From: Vicinamibacterales bacterium
GTDB lineage: Bacteria; Acidobacteriota; Vicinamibacteria; Vicinamibacterales; UBA8438
DNA length: 64,000 bases
Assembly (NCBI GenBank): GCA_965207595.1
Contig: CBDBMW010000012.1
Location: 1,039,466 to 1,103,465, forward strand
Direction of reading: 5' to 3'
The position numbers were made by a program, and so were the translations under genes. Shown piece by piece: positions 8,324 through 17,202 of this stretch. A model generated the notes under the pieces. That model was not told the origin of the DNA. It did not search any database and saw nothing but the letters and a program-made list of their open reading frames with translations. Within the stretch, counting starts at the first letter, position 1, and every line of letters starts with the position of its first letter.

Positions 8324-10012
8324 CTACGCGACGCCCAGCACGTCGGCGATCGCTTGCCGCATCCACGCGGTCCTCGCCAGATCGAGGGGCTGCTGGTTGA
8401 GCGGCGCCAGGTAGTCCCCCGGGCGCTGGGTCTTCATGTCGAGGAACGGATAGAAGGTCTCGAAATCGTTCGAAGCCGTGGCCTCGGCGATCTCCCGCAT
8501 CGCGCGGTCCTTCGTCTCCTTCGGGAGCGGCTTGAGGATCTCGTAGCTGTTCCGGCTCCGCTCCAGCGTCATGAGCAGACGGTCGCGGACGGCCGCCATG
8601 CGTTCCCGAATGAGCCGCCGATACTCCGCTTCGTCGAACCCGGACGGCGATGCCTCCGCGAGGTTCTGCGGGTGCAGGAGGTAGCTCTCGATCGAGTAGT
8701 ACCCGAGCACGAAGAGACGCGGCTGCTCGCGTCGCAGCGTCTCGAGCTCCTCGGAACCGATGTAGTCGCGATCGATGAGACCGCGGAGCTCCTCGTTGGC
8801 CCTGATCTGAAGGCCGACCGCGTTCTTGTTCCGGGAGGCAACGAACAGGAAGTCGGGCAGATCGATCGCGTTGTAGAGCGGCGCGTCCGTGTTCTCGCAC
8901 AGTACGAGCGTCTTGTTCGGAAACACCCGCAACGCGGAGTCCCCGGGTACGGCGATGTCGAAGATCTCCGCCGACTTCGGCGAGGGGGTCAGCACCTGCG
9001 GGCGGTCGAAGTCGAGGTCGTCGAAGTCGATGATGGCCGCGTCCGCCGCCTCGCTCGCGTATTCGATGAAGCCGAGCGAGTGGCTGGCCGTCCAGAGCTG
9101 CGAGGAATCCGGGATCCAGTGCTCGACGACTTCCCGAAGGAGGGCGTGCTGGAGACGCGTGTGCAGATGCACGTCGAGCTCGTCGATGAAGTAGATGGCG
9201 TTCGGGAAGTGCTCGTTGCGGATGAAGAGATTGAGGAGGACGTTGAACACTTCCTTCTCGCCGCTGCTGAGCAGGTCGTAGTGGATCTCCGACGCCCCCT
9301 TCCGGAAGCGTATGTCCGGCGGGCGTTCCTCCAGGGCCGCGCTGATCCTCGTCAGGTGCAGTTGCGTCGGAGAGTCGTGGCCGAAGATCCGCGTGAGAGC
9401 CGCATTGACGGGATCGACGAACTTCGCCCGCAGGCGACCGGAATCGAATTCCGATTCCCACACCTCGTCCTGGATGCGCCTCGTCATCTCCGCGACGTCC
9501 GTCTCGAACCGCGTGTCCTGGTCGATGTAGCGGCGCGGGCGGTCGCGGTCGGCGACGACGGGCGCGCCGGCCCCGCGTCCGCGGTGCAGCTCGGGGATCG
9601 TCCGCAGCGAGCTGCGACCGTAGAATGCGGACTTCACGTCCCACTCGGACGGCGAGGCGGCCGCCGGCGCCGCGTCGGATCGGCGGACCTCGAAGCCGCC
9701 GCCGAAGGAACATGCGACCGACATGTCGGCGCTGAGGTCCTTCTTGAGGTAACCCGTGAACCTCGCGTGCTCCTCGCCCTTGTAGAACTCGTCGCTGAAA
9801 TCGTCGTCGCTCCAATCGCCGTCGGCCCGCGGCCCCGCATCGCCCTTGTGGTGCGCGGACAGGTACTCGAACGCGTCGAAGACCGACGACTTGCCGCTGC
9901 CGTTGGCGCCGATCAGCAGCACGAGCTTCGGCGCGCCGGCGCACGACGAAAGATCGATCGTCAGGTCGGTGAAGCGCTTGAAGTTCGCGAGATGCAGCCG
10001 GGTGACGTTCAT
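8324..10012 (-). CDS. ABC-type (AAA_15/AAA_21-like) ATPase fused to a TOPRIM-like (DUF4435/OLD-type) domain
   Basis: Walker A GANGSGKS, signature LSSGEK, Walker B YFIDELDVHLH, TASHS; C-terminal LCENTD, GLIDRDY, YSIESY. Confidence 0.82.
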   Translation of the reverse strand: MNVTRLHLANFKRFTDLTIDLSSCAGAPKLVLLIGANGSGKSSVFDAFEYLSAHHKGDAGPRADGDWSDDDFSDEFYKGEEHARFTGYLKKDLSADMSVACSFGGGFEVRRSDAAPAAASPSEWDVKSAFYGRSSLRTIPELHRGRGAGAPVVADRDRPRRYIDQDTRFETDVAEMTRRIQDEVWESEFDSGRLRAKFVDPVNAALTRIFGHDSPTQLHLTRISAALEERPPDIRFRKGASEIHYDLLSSGEKEVFNVLLNLFIRNEHFPNAIYFIDELDVHLHTRLQHALLREVVEHWIPDSSQLWTASHSLGFIEYASEAADAAIIDFDDLDFDRPQVLTPSPKSAEIFDIAVPGDSALRVFPNKTLVLCENTDAPLYNAIDLPDFLFVASRNKNAVGLQIRANEELRGLIDRDYIGSEELETLRREQPRLFVLGYYSIESYLLHPQNLAEASPSGFDEAEYRRLIRERMAAVRDRLLMTLERSRNSYEILKPLPKETKDRAMREIAEATASNDFETFYPFLDMKTQRPGDYLAPLNQQPLDLARTAWMRQAIADVLGVA

Positions 10013-10037
10013 TCGACTCGGTTCCCCAGGCTCTCGC

Positions 10038-10062
10038 GATCGTACACTGGCCCTCGCGGACC
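10038..10062 (+). repeat. 25-bp direct repeat, copy 2
   Basis: GATCGTACACTGGCCCTCGCGGACC. Confidence 0.8.
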
Positions 10063-10213
10063 GCGGACCGCCCGGAGTCCGCGCCGCGAGACGCGGAGCC
10101 GGGAGGCGGCGCCGGAATCCGGGACGACTGTTCGGGTAACATCTACCCCAAATGACGTGCGACTGGCGACACGGTTCCGGACTCATGTCACACAGATCCT
10201 GTCGCACAGACCC

Positions 10214-11008
10214 ATGACGAACCCCATCGCCGCCGGCGACCCGGTGGTCGCGGTCGACGGCCTGACGTTCAGCTACGGCAGCGGCGAGGTGCTGCACGGC
10301 ATCTCGTTCGCGGTGCGGCCGGGCGAGGTGGTCGGGCTGCTGGGCCCGAACGGCGCCGGGAAGAGCACGACCATCAGGATCCTGACCGGCATACTGGCGC
10401 CGGGCGGCGGGTCGGTGCGGGTGGCCGGCTGCGCGATGCCCGAGGAGGCGACCGCGGCGAAGAAACGCCTCGGCTACGTGCCGGAGGCGGCGGGGCTCTT
10501 CGAGAGCCTCACGGCAGAGGAATACCTCCAGCTGGTCGGCCGCCTGCAGGAGGTGCCCGAGGACCGGCTGCAGGCGCGCATCGACCGCTTCCTGACGCAG
10601 TTCGGCCTCGCCGAGGACCGGGTCGCGTCGCTCGACACCTACTCCAAGGGAATGCGGCAGAAGGTGCTGCTGAGCGCGGCGCTGCTCCACAACCCGGATC
10701 TCCTGCTGCTCGACGAGCCGCTCTCGGGCCTGGACGTGAACGCCGGCATCATGGTGCGCGATCTCATCGCCGCCCTGGCCGCCGAAGGCAAGGCCGTCCT
10801 CTACAGCTCGCACGTCCTCGACGTCGTCGAGCGCGTCTGCGACCGCGCGCTGATCCTCCACGAGGGGCAGGTGATCGCGGACGGCTCGCTCGACGCGCTC
10901 CGGGCGTCGGCCGAGCGTGGCAGCCTCGAGGACGTCTTCCGGCAGTTGACCGGCACCGAGGGGACGGCGAGCGGGGCGGCCGAGATCGTGGCGGGCCTCC
11001 GGCCGTGA
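10214..11008 (+). CDS. ABC transporter ATP-binding protein (ABC-2/drug-exporter type)
   Basis: GPNGAGKST, YSKGMRQK, LLLDEPLSGLD, YSSH. Confidence 0.93.
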   Translation: MTNPIAAGDPVVAVDGLTFSYGSGEVLHGISFAVRPGEVVGLLGPNGAGKSTTIRILTGILAPGGGSVRVAGCAMPEEATAAKKRLGYVPEAAGLFESLTAEEYLQLVGRLQEVPEDRLQARIDRFLTQFGLAEDRVASLDTYSKGMRQKVLLSAALLHNPDLLLLDEPLSGLDVNAGIMVRDLIAALAAEGKAVLYSSHVLDVVERVCDRALILHEGQVIADGSLDALRASAERGSLEDVFRQLTGTEGTASGAAEIVAGLRP

Positions 11009-11632
11009 ACGCCGTCGCCGCCTTCGGACGCCGGCTCGTCCGCGGCCCCGCGGGCGCGCGCATCCTCGCGCGGCTGGGCATCGATCCGCACCGCTACTGG
11101 CTGCTGTACGACCTGTTCGGGACGCTGGGCAGGCGACAGGAAGTGACGCTGCTCGGCTCCGACTACTCCCTGCGAAGCACGGCCCTGCTCTGGTTCCTCG
11201 TCTCCGGCCTCGGGAGCGTGGTGCTCGTCGTCGCCGGCCCCACTCCCGGCGGTTACCTGCTCCTCTTCCTGGGGCTCACCGCCTTCCTGCTCGCCGTGCA
11301 CCTGGTCGCCGAGGTGGCGGAGAACCTCGTGAACCCGGTGGCGGAGCTGACGCTGGCGCACCAGCCGATCAGCGCCGGCACCTGGTCGGCCGCGAAGCTC
11401 AGCCACCTGCTCACGGTGGTCGCCTACCTCGTCGGGGGCATCAACGCCGTGCCGGCGGTCTCCGGCACCCTGCTCGACCACGCGGGATGGGGCGGCATGC
11501 TCGCGTACCCCGCCGTGCACCTGCTCGCCGCGCTGGGAGTCGGCCTGGTGGTGGCGCTGCTCTGCTGCAGCCTGTTCGGCTGGCTGGTGCGATTCGTGCC
11601 CGTCGGCCGGCTCAAGGCGTTCGCCGCGCTAG

Positions 11633-13219
11633 GAGCCTGCGCCGCAGAACGCCCCGCGGCGTGAACTGGGTTGTCGGTCGAGAACCTGAGTGATCGTAAA
11701 GAGAGCGACGATGGCGATCGGTCGACGACGGGGATTCTCGGCCGAAGAGCGATCCGGACCGCGAAACGGGGTTCTGAGGGCTTCTGGGCCCGTCAGAGAC
11801 CGTGATGCGCGCCGATCGGTCGCTGTCGAGCGTCGTGTTACGCCGCCATCAGCACGTGGAGGCGCTTGACGTTCAGGGCCAGGCACACGAGGACCCACTC
11901 GGCCCGCACGTTCGCCAGCCCCCGGAAGCTGAAGCGCCGGAATCCCAGCACGTGCTTGATCCAGCCGTGCGGGGCCTCCGACAGCCACTTGCGCTCGGCG
12001 TAGGCCGCACGCCCCTCCGGCTTCGACAGCTTCTCGGCCATGCGATTCGTCGCGGGACACTTCTCCGGGTCGCGGGCCTCCGTCTGCTTCCCCTCCCGGC
12101 CCAGCGCCACATACCCGTCCACGCCCCGCTTCTCCAGGTCCGTCAGGTCCCGCTCGTTGCAGTACCCCGCATCGGCCAGCACCGTCTCCGGCTGCGCGTC
12201 GAACGTCTCCTGCACCGCGTCGAGCACCACCGGCAACTCACCCTGGTCGCTCGCGTTCGCCGTCACCTCCGTCGCCACCACCAACTGCCGCTCCGCGTCC
12301 ACCGCCACCTGCGCGTTGTAGCACTGCTGGTACCCCTCGCTGCTCGTCTTCATGATCGAGCTCTCCGGGTCCGTGAAGTTGCTCTGCGCCTTCTCGTCCG
12401 GCTCGCCGTACTCTCGCTTGTACGGCGGACCGCCCTTCGGGTTCCGGTCCTGGCCCGGCTGCCGCCCGCGCGCGTCGTCCGCCGCCCGAGCCGCCGCTTC
12501 CAGGCGCGCCTTCGCTTCCCGGATCGCCTCCAGGCGCGCCTCCCGCCGACGCAACTCCGTCGGCAGGTCATCGCCCCGAACCTCCGGGCCCAAGCGCGCG
12601 TCCTCGGCCTCGTCCACTGCGTCCGCTCGGCGCAACAGCGCCTCGACCTCGCTCTCCAGCCGCCGCTCCTCTTCCTGCATCCGGTCGTAGCTCATCGCCT
12701 TGCGCTTGCTCGCGTTCGCTCGCACCTTCGTCCCGTCGATCGACAGCTTCCCCAAGCGCACCAGACCCAACTCCCGGGCCAGATGGACCACCTCCACGAA
12801 CAGCGCCTGGACATCCGCCAGATGCCGACGCCGGAACTCGCACAGCGTCCGATGTTGCGGAAAGTTGCCCGCCGCCAGCACTCGGAACCCCACGTCTTCT
12901 TCCAGTTTCCGCGCGATCCGCCGCGACGAGAACACCCCCGTCGCGTACGCGTAGAGCAGAACCTTCACCATCATCCGCGGGTCATACGGTGCGTTGCGAC
13001 GGCCGTCCCCCTCGTACGGCGCGTAGAACACCGTCAGGTCCAGCCCGTCCACCAGATCGTTCACGTGATGCGCCAAGTGGCCCTCGGGCAGCCACTCCCG
13101 CACATCCGGCGGCAACAGCAGCGACTGCTCCGGCAAGTAGGGGCGGAATGTCGTCGGCATCGAGTCCTTCCCTCGTCCGCTCACCTAAATTGTCGCATCA
13201 GTTTCTGCGGCGCAGACTC
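11633..13219 (-). mobile_element. IS1182-family insertion sequence, 1587 bp
   Basis: 17-bp TIRs GAGCCTGCGCCGCAGAA (11633-11649) and, reverse-complemented, GAGTCTGCGCCGCAGAA (13203-13219); CTAG on both sides. Confidence 0.9.
11838..13160 (-). CDS. tnp: IS1182-family DDE transposase
   Basis: PYDPRMMVKVLLYAY, SSRRIARKLEED, SIDGTKVRANASK, NFTDPES, YNAQVAVD, VLADAGY, FRRFSFRGL; alternative GTG start at 13184. Confidence 0.93.
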   Translation of the reverse strand: MPTTFRPYLPEQSLLLPPDVREWLPEGHLAHHVNDLVDGLDLTVFYAPYEGDGRRNAPYDPRMMVKVLLYAYATGVFSSRRIARKLEEDVGFRVLAAGNFPQHRTLCEFRRRHLADVQALFVEVVHLARELGLVRLGKLSIDGTKVRANASKRKAMSYDRMQEEERRLESEVEALLRRADAVDEAEDARLGPEVRGDDLPTELRRREARLEAIREAKARLEAAARAADDARGRQPGQDRNPKGGPPYKREYGEPDEKAQSNFTDPESSIMKTSSEGYQQCYNAQVAVDAERQLVVATEVTANASDQGELPVVLDAVQETFDAQPETVLADAGYCNERDLTDLEKRGVDGYVALGREGKQTEARDPEKCPATNRMAEKLSKPEGRAAYAERKWLSEAPHGWIKHVLGFRRFSFRGLANVRAEWVLVCLALNVKRLHVLMAA

Positions 13220-13328
13220 CTAGCGCCGCCAACCCGTCGCACGCTCCGGGTCGGCCCCAGCCCCCACCGTCCCAGGAGCTTGCGCCGCGGCACGCACTCC
13301 GTTGACGTTCTGCGGCGCAAGCTCCTAG
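13220..13328 (+). mobile_element. 105-bp in-frame MITE-like insertion: 52-bp arm plus a 49-bp mini-element with IS1182-type TIRs, bounded by CTAG
   Basis: GAGCTTGCGCCGC (13276) ... TTCTGCGGCGCAAGCTC (13324); CTAG at 13220 and 13325; 35 sense codons; related to 48587-48670. Confidence 0.75.
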
Positions 13329-13381
13329 CGCAGGCGCTCCCCCTCGTCGCCTTCTGGGGATTCACCTTCGCTCGCAACCCG

Positions 13382-13450
13382 CCGGGCCAGGAGCCCGGAA
13401 CCGGTCAGGAGCCCGGAGCCGGGCAAGAGTCCGGAGCCGGTCAGGAGCCC
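13382..13450 (+). repeat. 18-bp coding tandem repeat, about 4 copies (xGQEPG)
   Basis: PGQEPG TGQEPG AGQESG AGQEP. Confidence 0.85.
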
Positions 13451-14648
13451 GCTGCGGCGGCAACGTCGCTGGAGATGCCGGCCGCGCTTCAGGCCGCCGT
13501 GGAGGCGATGCCGGGCGGGCTCCGCGGGACTCTTGCGGCGGCCGGGGCGATCGTCGCGGTGGGGGCGGTCGGCTTCGGCCTCCGGGCGCTGTCGAGCCCC
13601 CACCTGCTGCGAGTCGCCGGCTCGATGCGCTCCGGCGTCCGCACGCCCCGGCGGCGGAGACGAAGGTTGCCGGGAGCGGGTCCGTGGGTGGCCCGGCTCG
13701 CGGGCGGTCCGGCGGCCCGCGCCGGGTACGGGTACGTCCGCGCCCTGCTCTTCCGCGACTGGCAGTTCCTGCGCAACACGGGCATGAACGCCGCCGGAAT
13801 GCTCGCGCTGATCGTCGTCCTGCCGGTCGTCGGCCGCGAGGTCTCCCCCTTCCGGCCCGGCGACGACTTCGCCCTGGCGCACATGCTGCCCCACGTGCTG
13901 GGCCTGGGCACGATCTTCGCGTGCCGCTTCCTGGCGTTCGGCAACGACCACAAGGGGGCCTGGACCTTCTCGGCCGCGCCCGAGTCGTCCCTGCGCCCGT
14001 TCGCGGCCGGGGTCTACGCGGCGCTCTGGGTCGTGCTGGTGGCCGCGCCGCATCTGGCCCTGCTGCTGCTCTTCGGCTGGTACTGGGGCTTGCCCGATGC
14101 CGCCGGTTTCGTCGTGTTCAGCGCCGCCGTCGCCTCCCTCTACCTGGCCGGGGCCCTGCGGCTGACCGACGGGCTCCCCTTCGGCCGCCCGTCGCCCGCG
14201 ACGCGCACGAGCGTGCCGATCTGGCTCGGGATTGCCGTCTTCATCGTGGCGGCCATCGCGGTCGGGATGCAGGTCCTGCTCTTCCGCGCCGCCGTCGCCG
14301 TTGCTGCCGTCACGCTCCTCGTCGCCGCGGCCGCCCACCTCTTGGCTCGCGTGACGCTCGGCGGCCTCGCCTCCCGCATCGCATCGAGCCTCCACCACGC
14401 GCCGTCGGCATCGATGTTCCGCTCCGTGGGCGAGCACGAGGACTGAGGGCCCGGCGACGGCGGGCGGAGAGCGCCCCGAGTGCCCGGAGCCGCCCCTCCT
14501 CCGTGGGCGGCCACCGCGGCGGTGAGGCCCCCCCCGCGTGCCCCGAATGCCCCGCGTGCCCTGGCGGGCGATCGGGTGAGGCACGGAACCGCCGCCGGCC
14601 CGCGACCGTCATCACGCAAGAACCGGTCGGGACGGGGAGGGCAGCGTG

Positions 14649-17120
14649 ATGATGCGGGGCTTCGACGATCTCGGCCGCGACCTGCGCGACGGCGTCCGGT
14701 CGCTCTCCCGGCGGCCGGCGTTCACGGCGGTCGCCGCCCTCTCGCTCGCGCTCGGCATCGGAGCCAACACGGCCATCTTCAGCCTCGTCAACGCCGTCAT
14801 CCTCCGCGACTCGCCCATCGAGCGGCCGGAGGAGGTGGTCAACCTCTACCTCCACCAGGCGGCGTTCGCCTACAGCACGTTCTCCTACCCCGACTTCGAG
14901 GACGTCCGCGACGGCACCACCGAGGTGTTCAGCGACATCGCGGGCTCGCAGTTCCTGCCGGCGCAGATCGACCGCGACGAGAGCGGAGGCGTCGGCATCG
15001 TGCCGGCGGAGGCGGTCACCGGCAACTACTTCCCGATGCTGGGGATCGAGGCCGCGGTCGGGCGCACGCTGCTCCCGAGCGACGACGTCTCGCGCGGCGG
15101 GCATCCGGTCGTCATGCTCGACTACCGGTACTGGCAGAGCGCCTTCGGCGGCGACCCGGACGTGGTCGGGCGCGAGATGCGCGTCGGCGGCCGGACGTAC
15201 ACGGTGGTCGGGGTGGGGCCGCCCGACTACACCGGCACGCTGCGCGGGCTCACGCCGACGTTCTATGCACCCTTCATGATGGTCGAGGAGCTCGTCGGAT
15301 TCGGCGTGCTCGACTCGCGCGGCAACCACGCGATGTTCGTCAGGGCGCGGCTGCGGCCGGGCGTCACGCTGCCCGAGGCCGAGACCGCCGTCGGCGCGGT
15401 GGCCGCGCAGCTCACCGGGGACCGCATCGAGAACTGGGATCCGGCCGGGCAGTTCGTGCTCCTGCCGCTCACCGACGTGCTGCTCTTCCCGCCCATCGAC
15501 GTCTTCATCCGCGCCGCGGCGTGGCTGCTGATGGCGGTCGTCGGGCTCGTGCTGCTCCTGGCCTGCACCAACCTCGCCAGCTTCCTGCTGGCGCGGGCCC
15601 TCGACCGGCGCAAGGAGATCGCGGTGCGCCTGGCGCTCGGCGCCTCGCGAAGGTCCCTGGTGCGGCGGCTGCTGACCGAGACCACGCTGCTCGGCCTGCT
15701 GGCCGGCGGCGCGGGGGCGGGGCTCGCCGTCTGGCTGCTCGACCTGCTGGCCACGGCGGACCTCCCGCTGCCGATCCCGGTGGCGCTCGATCTCCGTCTC
15801 GACGGCCGCGTCCTCGCGTTCACGCTCGGCGTCTCGCTCGTGGCCGGCGCCCTGCTGGGCCTGGTGCCGGCGCTCCAGAGCACGCGGCCGGACGTCTCCG
15901 GCACGCTCCGGAGCGAGAGCGCGGGGGGCGGGCAGCCCGGGCAGCTCCGCTGGCGCAACGCCCTGGTCGTCGCGCAGCTCACCATCTCGCTGGTGCTGCT
16001 CGTCGGGGCCGGCCTCTTCCTGCGCAGCTTCCAGCAGGTGCAGTCGGTCGACCCCGGCTTCGGCCGCGAGCCCAGCGCCCTCCTGACCTTCCTGACGCCG
16101 GCCACCCGCTTCACTCCCGATGAGGCGCGGGTCTACACACGGCGCCTGCTCGACCGTTTCCGCGAGCTGCCCGGCGTCGGCGAGGTCGGGGCCATCAGCA
16201 ACCTGCACCTCAACCCGCTCAGCACCAGCTCCAGCGACTTCAACGTCGCCGGCTTCGAGCCGCCGGGCGATCACGGCGCCTTCATCGCGGACCGGGCCGT
16301 GGTCGACCCCGGGTTCTTCGCGGCGGCCGGCATCGAGCTCGTCCGCGGCCGCAACTTCAGCGAGGCCGACCGGCCGGACACGCAGCCCGTCGTCATCATC
16401 AGCGAGGCGATGGCCCGGCGCTTCTGGGAGGAGGGCGACGCCGTCGGCCGCCTCGTCCTGCGGCGCGACGAGGAGGATCCCCCCTGGCTGGTCGTCGGCG
16501 TGGTGAGCGACGCGAAGGTGCGGACGCTGGGCGAGGCGCCGCGCAACATGGTCTACCTGCCCTACTCGCAGCAGCTGACGCGCTCCCTGACGGTGGTGGC
16601 GCAGACGTCGACCGACCCGCAGCGGACGGCGCTGGCGCTCCTGGCCGCCGGCCGCGAGGTCGACCCCGACCTGTGGGTGTTCGAGACGAAGACGATGGAC
16701 CGCCACCTGGCGCTGATGCGGCTCCCGCAGCAGCTCTCGGCCTTCGTCCTGTCCGCCTTCGGGGTGCTGGCGCTGGCCCTCGCCGCCATCGGCCTCTACG
16801 GCGTGGTCAGCCACGGCGTCTCGCAGCGCACGCAGGAGATCGGCATCCGCATGGCGCTCGGCGCCGACGGAACGCGAGTCGTGCGCCTGCTCGTCGCGGG
16901 CGGCCTCCGGCTGGTGCTGGTCGGCGGCGTGCTCGGGCTGGCCCTCGCCTTCGCCGCGGCCCGCCTGCTGGGCGGGCTGCTGTTCGAGGTCGACACGCTC
17001 GACCCGCTGACGTTCGTCGGCGTCCCGCTCGTCCTCGCCGCCGCGGCGCTGCTCGCCGCGTACCTTCCGGCCCGCCGCGCCAGCCGGGTGCATCCGGTCA
17101 CCGCGCTGCGGACCGACTGA
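14649..17120 (+). CDS. ADOP-family duplicated ABC permease, no prefix domain
   Basis: Close paralog of 1767-4235 with the same motifs. Confidence 0.93.
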   Translation: MMRGFDDLGRDLRDGVRSLSRRPAFTAVAALSLALGIGANTAIFSLVNAVILRDSPIERPEEVVNLYLHQAAFAYSTFSYPDFEDVRDGTTEVFSDIAGSQFLPAQIDRDESGGVGIVPAEAVTGNYFPMLGIEAAVGRTLLPSDDVSRGGHPVVMLDYRYWQSAFGGDPDVVGREMRVGGRTYTVVGVGPPDYTGTLRGLTPTFYAPFMMVEELVGFGVLDSRGNHAMFVRARLRPGVTLPEAETAVGAVAAQLTGDRIENWDPAGQFVLLPLTDVLLFPPIDVFIRAAAWLLMAVVGLVLLLACTNLASFLLARALDRRKEIAVRLALGASRRSLVRRLLTETTLLGLLAGGAGAGLAVWLLDLLATADLPLPIPVALDLRLDGRVLAFTLGVSLVAGALLGLVPALQSTRPDVSGTLRSESAGGGQPGQLRWRNALVVAQLTISLVLLVGAGLFLRSFQQVQSVDPGFGREPSALLTFLTPATRFTPDEARVYTRRLLDRFRELPGVGEVGAISNLHLNPLSTSSSDFNVAGFEPPGDHGAFIADRAVVDPGFFAAAGIELVRGRNFSEADRPDTQPVVIISEAMARRFWEEGDAVGRLVLRRDEEDPPWLVVGVVSDAKVRTLGEAPRNMVYLPYSQQLTRSLTVVAQTSTDPQRTALALLAAGREVDPDLWVFETKTMDRHLALMRLPQQLSAFVLSAFGVLALALAAIGLYGVVSHGVSQRTQEIGIRMALGADGTRVVRLLVAGGLRLVLVGGVLGLALAFAAARLLGGLLFEVDTLDPLTFVGVPLVLAAAALLAAYLPARRASRVHPVTALRTD

Positions 17121-17202
17121 CGGCCGGCAGCGCGCGGCTCGGCCCCGGCCTTCAGAGACCACAGCCTTGCGGCGCCGAGCGTCAACCGCCTATGCTGACG
17201 AC

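Larger units (their letters stand above)
11005..14446 (+). pseudogene. Polytopic membrane protein (likely permease partner of the upstream ABC ATPase), interrupted by IS1182
   Basis: Hydrophobic 5' half (11005-11631) and 3' half are in register: joining the CTAG at 11629 to the CTAG at 13325 reads RLKAFAAL-AQALPLVAFWGF (about 581 aa). Confidence 0.85.

Noticed and set aside
8177-10213. N-terminal 679 aa of the 943-aa ORF 8177-11008
   Set aside because: Antisense to the ATPase-TOPRIM gene; the real ABC ATPase starts at ATG 10214
11617-11662. IS end containing two 7-mers complementary to the left target flank (possible guide-like pairing)
   Set aside because: The 7-mers are in swapped order, nearly all G/C, and one overlaps the TIR; compatible with chance
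14310-17162. Very long antisense or alternate-frame ORFs over ADOP genes (also 19232-22030, 28274-30997, 33020-35392, 35950-38187)
   Set aside because: Expected from extreme GC3 bias; Arg/Gly/Pro-rich, no motifs, fully overlapping well-supported genes
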